The notes beneath the pieces are model-generated. The model ran no database searches. It saw only the letters and a program-made list of their open reading frames with translations, and was not told the origin of the DNA. Shown piece after piece: positions 27,001-39,000 of a stretch of DNA of 64,000 nt; within the stretch, counting starts at the first letter, position 1; the number at the start of each line of letters is the position of its first letter. A program made the translations under genes and the position numbers. Origin of the DNA: Candidatus Omnitrophota bacterium (lineage in GTDB: Bacteria > Omnitrophota > Gorgyraeia > Zapsychrales > Fredricksoniimonadaceae); the NCBI GenBank assembly GCA_015233675.1, contig JADFXH010000005.1:80964-144963 (forward strand). Reading direction: 5' to 3'.

Positions 27001-30000
27001 GCAGGGCTTAAAGGCGCGCATCTGGAGCAGTATACAGTGAAGCTAAATGGCAAAGCAATACCTGACGGCAAGGGCGGGTTCCAGCAAGCCTATCATATCG
27101 TCGGTATTTCTGAAAAGCCGGTGGCGGTGGAATTTGCCGGGCCAAAGGGTAAAGTTGGGTATGATGCGTTATGGGATATAACCAAAGATTTATTTACTGT
27201 GAAGACAAGCGAAGGGACGATTTATATAAGCGCAAAAGAAATTGTCAACGGTCTTCATAACGGGACGTATAAATTTGCTCCTGTCAAAGGCAAGAAAGAA
27301 CTGGTCTTAGAGACAAGGGATGGGATCAAAGTAGGCTGGCCCAGCAAGAAGAACGGGGATTCTAATTATCAGTATGTTTTGAGAACTGCCAACAACACTC
27401 CTATTAACACATTGTTTAGCATTCCTAACAAATTAGGCGGTGTGGATTTTAAGACCGGCACACAGATCGTCGATGGTATTCACAACGGAACTTATAAATT
27501 TGCTGTGGTCAAAGGCAAGCAGCAAGGGGTCTTAGAGACGAGGGCTGGAGACAAGATAGGCTGGCCCAGCAAGATCAAGGGTAATGGGGAACCTGATTTT
27601 GGGTTTGTTTTGACAACTACCAATGGTACGCCTATTAGCAGAATGTTCAGCGTTCCCAATGCTAAAGGCGGGGTTGATTTCATGACGGCAAAGCAGGTTT
27701 TTGCAGAGATCAACCGTCCGAACAGTTCCTTGACCTATGAATATCAAATTGATCCTAAAACACATAAAGTCGCTCTGGATAAAAACGGCAATATTCAAAA
27801 GATGGTATTGCATAGCCGGTATGGCGCTGTTGGTCTTCCTAACGGGTTCCATGGGTTCTCTGAGTCTTCCAATATGTTTGTGGTCATTACCAAAGAATAT
27901 GTAACTGGCAAGAAGTATGACAATATTGTCAAATTCAATGCGTCAGGTGAAGCCTTTGAGTACGTGAATTTACATCCCGGGTTTTATCAAGGTCCGGTTG
28001 TGGATATCGCTTCCAAGGATAAAAATAATAAGGGCGGTTTTGATACCTACGAGATAGACCTTGTCACCGGTAAAGCTGGTAAATTCATTGGTTATGTCAA
28101 CAAGGTCTCCGTTATAAAGATTCCTGATCCTAACGTAAAGAACAATTTGATGGATGTAGCGGTGTTTGAGCGTCATCTTAAGAACGGCGCTTTCGTATCA
28201 GCCATCGGCGTTGTCACAAAGTCACATCCTAATTCTATTGGGTTAGATGAGATGGCGGGCAACCAGTATGTTAATTTCTATCCGTCTGAAATTGTAAAAG
28301 GTAATCCGGTGGCAGGAGTCGCAACTGTTGACGGAGGCAAGAAAACCGCAGACTTTTCAGGGATGAAAATTGTCAGGGAACAAAAGTATAGCGGGAAAGA
28401 AGACGTCCAATCCTTATATGCGTTTGACAAGAACTATAATCTTACTAGACAAGTTGGGATCGCTGTGATGGAGACTAAAGGGCTGACTATTAAGGGAGGC
28501 GACCAAAAGACATATCAGTATAATTTAATCCACAATCTTTATTTTGGGCGGGCCAATGGCCCTAAATATATTGGCATTGACCAAAACACCGGAGCTGAGA
28601 TGATTCAGTTCATGGGTCAAAAGGCAGAAGTTTCTTTAACGGATGCAAAAAATCGGGCAATAGGCAGTGATACGTATACTGATATCGACTATACGAAGAT
28701 CAGACAAGGTTTAGACAAGGCAGGGAAATGGGCATTTAGCGCCAGGACAGAAACAGGGTATGGCGTGTATAGCGTCAAGACAGGCAAGGAACTTAATATT
28801 CTTTTGGGCCAGTACTATGGATATATTAATTCTGAATTGAAGCCTTACGAAGTAACCGGTCAGGATATTGCCCCTGGCGATAAGTTGATCTTCTGGGCAC
28901 AATCAGACAAGGCCGGTACTAATTTTAATATTAATTTTACTTATAAGAATTTGTTTGGTAAGCCGGTTTCTGTTGACAGAACTATCGGCAAGGCCTGGAA
29001 CAAGGTTGAGATTGCACTTCCCAAGGACGGGAAATTAGTCAGGATTTCATTTAGCGATGGCAAGAACCAGGTCCAGTTAGCGGCCGCATTTATTATACAT
29101 AACGGAAAGCCGATTCCTTTGGATCAAATAGTTGGCCGTGTATATGAAGATGATTATACCAAACCAACCCCGCCGGGCTGGTTCTTTGGCAACACGGTAT
29201 TTAATCCTGATCAAGTGAAGTCAACGCTAACAAAGCAGGATCTTCAGATGCTTTATCCTAACGGCAGTGTACAAGAACTTCCGTTCGATGTCCGCTCGGG
29301 ATATACCTACAATATCCGAAATAACAAAATTAACAGCACAAAACTTTTTGGGATGTCCCATTATGCCGGACAGGATATTAATGGCTATACTTTGCATCGT
29401 CTTTGGACTGAAAAAGAAGGGTATCTTGTGGCACAGAATAAGGGCAATGTGCCGGTTTATTATGTTTACGATTCAGGTGAAGAAAGACAGAAACATATCT
29501 CTGTGTGGCGTGAGCAGGTATTTGTTGATCCTAAAGGGACCCCACAGTATTCCTTGAATTACGAAACCGGGGAATTAATTTGGTTGTTACAGAGACGGGA
29601 TTTGGATAGCGGGGCTATTCTTTACAAGTATAACCCAACGACGGGTCGAAAAGTCACGGTTGTTTTTGACGCTAATGGTATTCAGCGTTGGATGAAGGAT
29701 TCAAGAGATTCTTTACCGCAAAGCTTTAATGAGTTGGGTAAAGGAGAGGTTTCTTTGCGCAGTTTGTTAGGTATTGGAGCCCCGTCCAAGGAAAATTTAC
29801 AACCGCCTGTTGAGTGGAAAGCTTATGAGAAAGAATTGAAGGATAAGTCCAATGTTATCCTGCCTGCAAAATCATTCCAGCCGGGCAGCGGCTATGACTC
29901 GGTTGCAAATAATTTCCGTATAGGAAAGATTGATATAGGTAAAATTTATAGTCAATATCCCTTGTTGTTCTCAGCAGGGTTGATTGGGTTAATGGTGGGG

Positions 30001-33000
30001 CTTGCATTGATTATCAATCTTATACGGACGATTCGCTATAAAGTCATGGGTTTCTTCTCCAAGAAGGACAATCCGGTTGCTCCTCAAACCATTGTTCCCC
30101 AGAGAGCCGATATTGACAGATATATTGTGGAACTGGGCTCGCCATTGGTCCATCAGGAACAAGAGCAGATTAGCAATGCGTTAATTTCAATTAGTAAAGA
30201 GAACGAAGCTATTTATGCGGGCCAAGAGCCTTCCTCAGTGGAACTGGGAGAACAGATGGATATTGTTTCCGGTCAGTATATTCGTCAGAGGGATCCCAAC
30301 GGTAGTAAAGAGAGGCCTTACAGGATCATTCCTTTGCGTGACGAAGTTTGGAGTCGAGCATTTGCTGTAAGGTCTGAAATAGACGTTCTTTCAAACAATT
30401 ACAATTATCTCCAGATCCTTATCCGTTTAGCCAAAGAACTCATCGCAGAGAACAGGCAAGCAGAGATTATGGAGATGGTGGAAACATATAACAAGTTCTG
30501 GAAAACGGTAATCTTCGATAACCAAAAGAGAATGAAAGATATATCTATTTCAGAACACGATGCTTTCCGCGTTGAGGATTTCTATTACATCCACCATAAG
30601 GAATTCAGTATCGGTGAAAAAGACAAAGAGAAAGAATTGGGGAAATTAGGCAAGCTGTATACCCTTGAAGGTTATGAAAAGTTGAAGAATGAAATGGGGC
30701 GGGATGGATTTGTCGTATCGGCGCTTGAAGATTTACGGTTCTTTGTTGGGCAGGTATCTCCGGGGCTATTTGCCGGGCTGTGGAATAAATTTGTCAGCAT
30801 TTTCGCACGCAGCCGCACATCCGCGTGGGGGACGCTTGAATCAGCATTTATTCTAGGAGTTTGGGTTGTTTCCAACATTGCTTTATGGAAGGTGTATAGT
30901 TTGCCGGTGCTGTCTTATTTCTCGGCGTTCGCATCGGGGGCAGGGAGGATAAATCTTCTTTATGGCGTATTAAGTTTTGTGGTACCGGCCATCTGTGCGT
31001 TATTGCTTTTCGTGTCTGAAAGGTTCATTGTCGGGGGGCTGATCACGTATTTTGCAAACTTGTTCTGGTTGAAATTGAATGTACTGCGCAGTAACGATTC
31101 TTTAAGGACAATGGGGACTAAGCTGAATAACAAGATCCGCAGGATTGCCGGGGCTGACCAGGATAAGGCCATAAGGAATGTTATCGACGAGTTCCGATTG
31201 ATGCTCAAGGATTTCTATTTATATAACAAGGTAGATCCTGCTGTTTATGAAAGAGAGATAAAGCCGGTTGTTGAGGATGAACAGTTTACGGTCTTTGGAA
31301 TTAATGGTATTGCTCGGATTCTTTTAAGGGCGGGGGTATCTTCCTGGGAAGTTAAAGAACGCTTGAAAGATTGGGCTAACGCCTATCTGGCGCGTAAGAA
31401 TCTGGCGTTGTTTAATCCCGAGTTTGCCAAGATCCGCGGCCGCTGGATTCGACTCTACTGGAAAGGGGATCCATTCTATTATGTCTGGAGTAAGATCAGG
31501 TCGCCGAAGGGCAAAAAGAATCAAATCTATTCCCATCTATACAAAATTGCCAGTTCGCATCCGGATGAATGGGCATACCTGTTAGATATGCTGAAAAAAG
31601 GAGTTTATGTTGATGTTCCAGAAGATTTTAAGGAATTTGATGATCCGATCGTATATAAGATTGTTGATTTTAATGAGCCAAGCGCGCAGAAGATTGTTGT
31701 TTGTGATATCGAGAAGTGGCTTCAGTTGACGGATGAGGAAATTAAGCAGCTTGATCTTACAAAAGGTTTCAAGTCAACTTCTGACTTGAATAAAGGCTTC
31801 GATAAGAGTGTTGCAAAACTCAGGTTTAATGAAGCCGACCCGCAGGGGAATGGGGAAGACATAGTAAAAGCTTTAATCAAAGCAGATGTGTTGGAAGAAA
31901 ATACTTCAGAAGAAGGAGTGCGCTTAAAACGCAAGGATGGTGAGACTATAAAGAGGCCAGACGCAATTGCAGGAAATAATTTTGACCAAATTTGGGACGA
32001 TTTAGAAAAGATTAATAATAATCTAAGAGACAAAATTCTTCGCAAGTTCCTGACGGATTTCGTGAATTCCCGTGAACAGGCAACATGGTGGACCTATCAG
32101 GGCTATCGTAATATCCGTAGGGCGTATGAAACTGCCGCGCGCTATGAATTCCCCAATGCAGCAGAAGCAGATATCCAAAAGATGGTTAACGGCAAATCGA
32201 TGATATTAGTTGGGTTGTCCAAAGCTACTTCTAAGAAAACAATAGCAACTTGGGAGGATGCAAAGAAAAAGAAGTTCAACCATTCTCTGCTCGAGTTGAT
32301 TAGATTTACCAATCCTCGTGAGTATAAAGAGCTCATGGGAATGCGTCAAACAGATGAAGGGGCGGCAGTCGCATTTATTAATAAGCAGATCATTACCGCG
32401 GACATTGTTTTAAAGGGAGATGAGCAGTATGCCGGACTGGTTTATGTTTTGGAACACAGGGATGAAGGGTTTCTTGCTGTGGGCCCGCCTGCTCTTGAGA
32501 AGACCATTATGCAATTCTCGCAAGGTTCCTACAAAGCCCAATTAATCGCCCGTCTTTTTCCAAGGGCTGTAGGGACATTGTCATTCTTTATGGATGCTGA
32601 TACAGAAACACGGCCGGAGGAAGCCCGCAAGTTATTACGTACCGGCCAGAGATTTGATGAAAATCCCAAGCTGGGGATCTTGAATTATTCACAGTATATC
32701 TTTAATCGTCCGAACAATACCGCCACGCAGTTCTTTGGGACAGCAATCGGCAGTAAATGGGCACCGTATTTAAGATGGAGAGGCATGACAGGCATGTCCG
32801 GATTTTATGGGCATAATTCGGACCTTTCCACAGAGTACCTGTGGCGCTATGAAGGGGCCGCGCCTGATTACGTCGCGGAAGACTTACAGGTGGCAATGGC
32901 CTTTAGGGAGCATGGCGTTGACGTTGAGCAGGATGAACGTGCGCATTGCGGAGAAGGTATTGAGCAAGCACAGGGTATGTACAAGAGCCCGACAACCTTA

Positions 33001-36000
33001 AAATGGGCACAGGCAACGATACAGATACTTGTCGGCGACGGATTTACCAGGAAGATGAATGCAAAGAACATTCCGATGAGCGAAAAGATTGATATCCGTG
33101 CCGGTATTTTCTTCTATGATCTGATGAATTATTACGCCGTTCCGGCGCTGATCTTCTTTGCCATTTGTTCCGTAATGCTGGGGATGAATATGTTTGGGAT
33201 ATTGCCGGATTACATGGCAGAGGTCGGGATGCTTCTTTCTGTAGCTATTAACGCATTTTTAGTTGCAAAATTCGCAGAGTCGCATGGTTTTGGTAAGCTG
33301 CGGGCGACCATAGGCGGCTTGTCCGTCACTGCCGGTGCGTGGATCTATGCGCATTATACAAATGGGCTTATCTTTGATTACAATTGGCACACCGGTGTGT
33401 GGGCATTTGTTTTTGGATTTATGGCAACTTCCCGTCCGATAGGGATGTGGTTGAAGTATTTATTAAGTGGAGGTGTCGCAATCTGGACTTCTCTTATAGC
33501 GTCTCAGGCCAAAGGTGTTGATATCGGAGAGAGCGGAAAAGCGGCCTATATCACTTCTCTGAAAGGCCCGGCGTTGGATGGTGAATCGGAACTTGATGTT
33601 GCGATCGAACAGGATGCCAAGACAGGTGTAATTAAAGATATTAAACCAGAAGGCGTATTTATTCGCTCGGATCGTGATATTTTTGCCGGCACTATAGCTA
33701 CAGTTGCGTTGATTATAGGGATTATCAGACTGCTGGTCTTTTTAGGTGCCGGATGGGCAGTGGCAGGTCTAATTGCCTCAGGAATTCTTTATTTCGTGGT
33801 TTCAACAGTTGGCTTCATTGGTGCCCAATATGGGTTCAATCCGGTGGCACAAGCCCCCGGTGTACCAGTGTCTGGGTTTATAAAATGGGTGGTCCAGCCT
33901 TTCAAAGCGTTTTTATATGCCATGTTCTGGCCGATGGCATGGATTTATTCAGCTTTAAGAAATGGGATTTCCAAAGAAGCACAGTTTGCTGAGGGGGTTG
34001 GTATTAAGAACGGCCGAAATGTGATCAAAGGGCATAGTAAATCGTTCATTTATATGCTGGATAATTTCTTAGGATTTTGGGAATGGATCAATATTGCCAA
34101 GAAGCCATGGGCAGAACTTGCTTTTGACAAGAAATTTGATTTGTGCTTTCTCATTGTGAGGAAGGCCGCATTCTTGACCTTAACAGTGGCCTTGAGCCTA
34201 GCGCTACTTCCCCTAATTCCTCAGTTAGCTATTCCTGCACTTATAAGCCACTCTCTCGCAGCTGTTGCCGTCGTTGTTTCTATTTTTCCAGTTATGCTTA
34301 TAATTCTTGCTTATTTGAGCAGGAAGATCATCACAGAACGGCCCCTTAATTCCTGGGCAGTTAGAGGGGCTATTGCCTTCCCATTTGCGGGGATGGTAAT
34401 TGCCGGTGCATTTTTAGGCGGGTTCTGGGGAGCTATACTTTTTGGCGCGGCCATGGTCATCGCCAGCGTGGTTAATCTTAAACTTTCCGAACTGCTTTAT
34501 TGGTATTCTGGTTACGCTCTTATTGCCAGGCCGATCAGAAAATTAGTGATGGGTGTTACCGATGTCAGAAAACAAGTAACATTCGAAGAATTTAAAGGAA
34601 TGGGCAAATTGTTTGAGAAGATGGCAATTGGGTTTTATTCCGTTATAGGATTAGCCGGTCTTGGAGTTGTTGCTTATCTGGGGCTTCACGTGGGTCTTCC
34701 TATAGGTGTAGCCTTGGTATTAGGCATGTTTGCGATGCTGATACTGTTTGATTCCGCGATTGTTCGTGTCGGGCAGATAAATAAGACACTGCACCTGCTT
34801 GCAGCGGGCATTATTGGTGGGATAGCGTATTTAGGTATTGGAAAATTATTTACATTAACGGGAATTAGCGCCGGATGGTCTTGGGCAGGTCCGATTACCG
34901 GTATTATTGCAGGACTCATCTATCTTGACCAGACGCATAGGATCAATAAGCTGGTTCGTGCTTTGTTGCACCGAAAAGATCCCACCCGTGGTTTGCCCGG
35001 CCAGCCGATGGCCTCAGCTGAAGCGGTATCAACGGAACTAACCAAGCATGATTTGACAACTTTCCCTGCATTAAATGAAAAAGATGAATCTGTTGCCTTG
35101 GCAGTAAAAGCAATGAACGCCATCGGCGAAGCGGATAAAGCGGAGCATCTTTTGATGATGGTGCGGCAAGGCCGCGTGCGTGCAGGGCCGGTTGAAGGAT
35201 TCCTTGCTACCACCGCCAATATCAATGGCGATGAGAGCATCATTCTCTCCAATGCCTACCCTGATTACAATAATGCCGAAGAACAGGCGTTTAGTCTCGT
35301 CCATGAAGCTGGCGCGATTGCGCAATTCGGGTTAACTCACGAGGAGAACACCAAACGTGAATTTGATGCTCGTCTTGCGTTGATGGCGAATATGTATTTT
35401 AATGGCGGCCGAGCAGAGACGCACAGGGCGCTTCTGGGCTGGCAGCAAGGGTTTGCGGAAAGATTAAACAAGAAGGTTTCCATCGAAGAGCTTTTGACGA
35501 TCAAGATAGGGGAATACCAGAAAAATGCGATTGAGTATTTCCGTACGCTGAACCCTGACGGATCTTTGACCGGAAATATCAAGCCAAGGCAATTGGTCCA
35601 TCGTGACGGGGATTGGCATTCTTCAGTTTATATTATGATTTTTAATGCAGAAGGCGGAATCATTTTACAGCGTCGTGGGTTAAACCTGCAAACGGATCCC
35701 GGCTGTTGGGATGGAGCGGCTTGCGGGCATACGGGACTAGAGCTGGATCATCGGATAGCCGCCGCCAAGGAAACGCAAGAGGAAGTTGGCTTACATATTG
35801 ACCCGCGTGATCTTATTTTGATCGGAAAAGAAAATGAATATTTGGATATTTTTGATATGGTCGATAGCAACGGCAACGAAGTTCACAATAGGGGACTAAC
35901 AACTGTCTTTGTATATGTCCTGCCTGCAGGGATGACGGAAAAAGACCTGAATTATGACAAAGAAGCAGTTATTGGTCTTAAAAGTCGTCCGTTTGAAGAA

Positions 36001-39000
36001 GAGCTGGCGAGAGTTAAATCGACGCCGGAAGATTATGCCACAGTCAAGAATTTCCTTCAGCCTGATTCAAAAATAGCGAACGAAATGCGTGCCGCGGTAA
36101 AAGCAGAGTTAGAACGCAGACAATATATTCCACAGGACTCAACAAGGCCTATACCCGGTCGACCGATGGTTCCGGCAAGGGTTGTGAACGCAGAGGTTGT
36201 TAAGCGGGATTTTGAAACTTATGCAATATTGTCAGTATACAGCCGGGAAGTAAAATTAGCCTTAGCGTATTTATGTTCCGTTGGGCTTGACAGCATGGCC
36301 GCCTGCTTAGAGGAAATTGCAAATGAGGGGCTTATCAGGGCGGGTCCCGTTAAAGGGTTCTTAGCCGCTGTTTATACTCTTCCTGACGGCAGGGAAACAA
36401 TAGTCCTTACCAATAAGCATCCTATCCATGACAATTTATTCGAACGTGTCGCGTCCTTAATCCATGAGATTGGAGCCACTGCGCACTTCAATTTAATAGA
36501 CAAAGAAAATGAGGACAGAGCTAAGGCGTTTTTAATCCTTAAAGAAGTTGCAACATCAAATAAATATTCGCCTGAAAGGGTTAGTTTAGACAGGACAATG
36601 GCAGGTAATGGGTCTGTTTTTGCTAAAACAATGTTAACAATATTGGTAGTAGGATTTTTAACTTTATCAATGATGCCGCAGAAAGCCATCTCTCAGGAAA
36701 GGGCATTAACTGGGCAAATGATTTTAGCCCAAGCAGATTTAAATGGCATGAACCAAGGGCAAAAAGTTAACTCGCAGGAAGATCCAATTAAAGAAAAAAT
36801 GGCAGGATTGTTGGTAAATTTAAAACATGGCAATGAACAAAAACAAAGATCCGCAGCGCAGGAGTTAATAAAAATTGGAGCGATACCAATTTTAATAAAG
36901 GATCAAATTGAGGTTAATAGTAGGGATTGGATGGGGACCTGGCCTGACTCCACGTATGAATTAGTATCTATTCTAGATAAGACCATAGCTCCAGGAGTTG
37001 AAAGGGAGATAGCTGAAGGAGATGCATCAGGCAGGTCATTGGTTGCAGTAAGTTCTTTATGTGCAGTAAATAACGTGCAAACCGTTGAGGAGGTTAGAAA
37101 GCAATGGATTGAAAAGATTAGAGAGCAAGCAAGTATAGGGAATATTGCAGATACTCAACAAGAAACAACTCAAAAGATTCTTCAGGAATTGGGAGCAACC
37201 TGGTGGGAAAAACAAACTGACGCATGGAGGACTGCTTATGCGTGGGTTCTGGGGATAATAGCTGCGTCTTTCATTTTACATTTATTTTTAACGAGGAAAG
37301 AAAGAACTATTAGATGGATTCAGGATTCTACCCATCAAGCAGGGGAAAGGGTATTTAAAAGGATCTTAAAAGGATTGGAGAATGATGATGATCGGATTCA
37401 ACGGACAGCAATAACAGCGCTGGGTAACAGAGGGGATGTTCGTGCTATTGAGCCGTTGCTCAAACAGTTAGCTGATAGAAGTGCGGACATGCGCCGTTTA
37501 GCTGTTGAGGCTTTGAAAAAATTAGGAGCGACCAAAGAACAATTTGTGAAGGGATATTTGGCAGCTTTAAGAAGTACAAATTTGTATGTTCAATGGGCAG
37601 CGGTCAAAGAGCTTGGGCAATTAGGGGATAAGTCTGCAATCGATCCTGTGATGGAATTTTTTAGTAAGGAACCGGATTCATATAGAGAAGTCATCGAAGC
37701 TCTAAATAAAATTGGCGCAACAAAGGAAAGGTTAATAGATGTATCTGTGAGGGCGTTAGATAATGCTAATTGGAATATTCAATGGATAGCGGCCAAAGAG
37801 CTTGGAGAATTAGGGGATAAGTCTATGATTGCCCCCTTAATGGAAACGATTAGTAAGAATTATACTTCAAGGGTTTATGAAGAGGTCATCGCATCTTTAG
37901 AAAAATTAGGTGCCACAGCAATACAGATAGATGAAGTTAAAAAAGTTAAAGAAATTGAAAAAAGGAAAGAAGAAGAAAGACAAAGAGAAATTGAGCAGAT
38001 GAGGGATGATTCTGGGTCAGATGATTATGACGCAGACGATTCATACTCCGGTCCGGGGGTTGGGGACACCTATTGTTTCGCTTTGCCAAGTATAATTATT
38101 GCCCTAAGAACATCAACAGAAAACACGCTCTGGATTGAAGTTGCGCTGTTTTCATTTGCAGCGATCATTTCGTTATTCACGCTGAAGAAAGTAATTAATA
38201 ACAAAAAAATAAAGAATATGGATACGCGCCGCGCGCAAGCTCCACCGGCAAAGCAAAATAGAAAATATTCCACATGGAAAACAATGCTCAGAATAATATT
38301 GGTGATGGTAACTTTGCCATTCTTAAGCGGATGTGGTCATGTTTCGCGGGGTATGAATACTAGTGAAAGTTTGATAATTTCAAGCCTAATCGTTTTTGGC
38401 GTGATAGGCATTGTGGTATTGGTGCTTTCCGGAATTGAGATCCTATATCAACTTTTTAAGATGAGCGGCTCAACGAAATCTTGGAAAACATATTGTATTA
38501 TGAAATATATAGTTGGTGTTCCAGTAATGGCATTTGCTCTTTTCAAAGTATTTTCTTCGGATTATGGTTATCTTCAATCCTTATTCATGCTGATAGGAGG
38601 GGCCGTGGTCTCTCTGCTTGGTCTTGGGATCAGCCGTCTTATTACAAGAAATGAGCAACGCCGTAATCAGCTGGCCTTTTTTATCGCTATTGTGCCAATG
38701 GTCTTTCTTTTAACACCAGCGCATCCGATTACTTTAGGAGTATTGCTGGCTGGTTTACTAAATGGCCGAATTTCTTTCTTAAAGAGATTAATGCCCGAAA
38801 CATTTTTTGTGTTTACGTCTTTCTTTCAGAAATATCCAAAAATAGGACTTTTCACGTGTGTCACATCAACTGGAATATTATTAACAAGTCTAGGGTATGA
38901 TGGGCTAAATTTCGTGCTTTTAGTTTTACTTTATTTTGTTCAATTAAGTATGATGGGGGCGTTATTTGGCATTGGTGAGGCAGGGGAGAAATACCGTTCA

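Larger units (their letters stand above)
29956..34977 (+). other. Glucan-synthase-like membrane module B (Fks1/callose synthase GT48-like; alternatively GT2 cellulose-synthase/OpgH-like)
   Basis: N-terminal TMs, then a cytosolic region with 'HLYKIASSHPDEWAYLLDML' (H-P-D-E-W 31558-31572), 'NSREQATWWTYQGYRNIRRAYE' (32065-32130), 'FFMDADTE' (32584-32607), 'QYIFN' (32692-32706), 'FYGHN' (32803-32817), 'AEDLQVAMAFREHG' (E-D 32878-32883), 'HCGEGIE' (32944-32964) and 'TTLKWAQATIQ' (QxxRW-like, 32992-33024), then more than 10 TM helices. Order and spacing resemble my recollection of Fks1/CalS motifs (YLxKIxPDEW; WASxRxQTLxRTxxGxMxYxxA; DANQDNY; REYIFS; HYGHPD; NEDIYAG; QCGKGRD). Confidence 0.5.

Noticed and set aside
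38284-38340. Signal-peptide plus lipobox-like sequence 'MLRIILVMVTLPFLSGCGH' (L-S-G-C at 38323-38334) that could mark a lipoprotein gene start
   Set aside because: It is in frame and continuous with upstream coding sequence, with no stop before it and no intergenic gap or obvious RBS context. It sits inside a run of TM helices, so it is most simply another TM segment.
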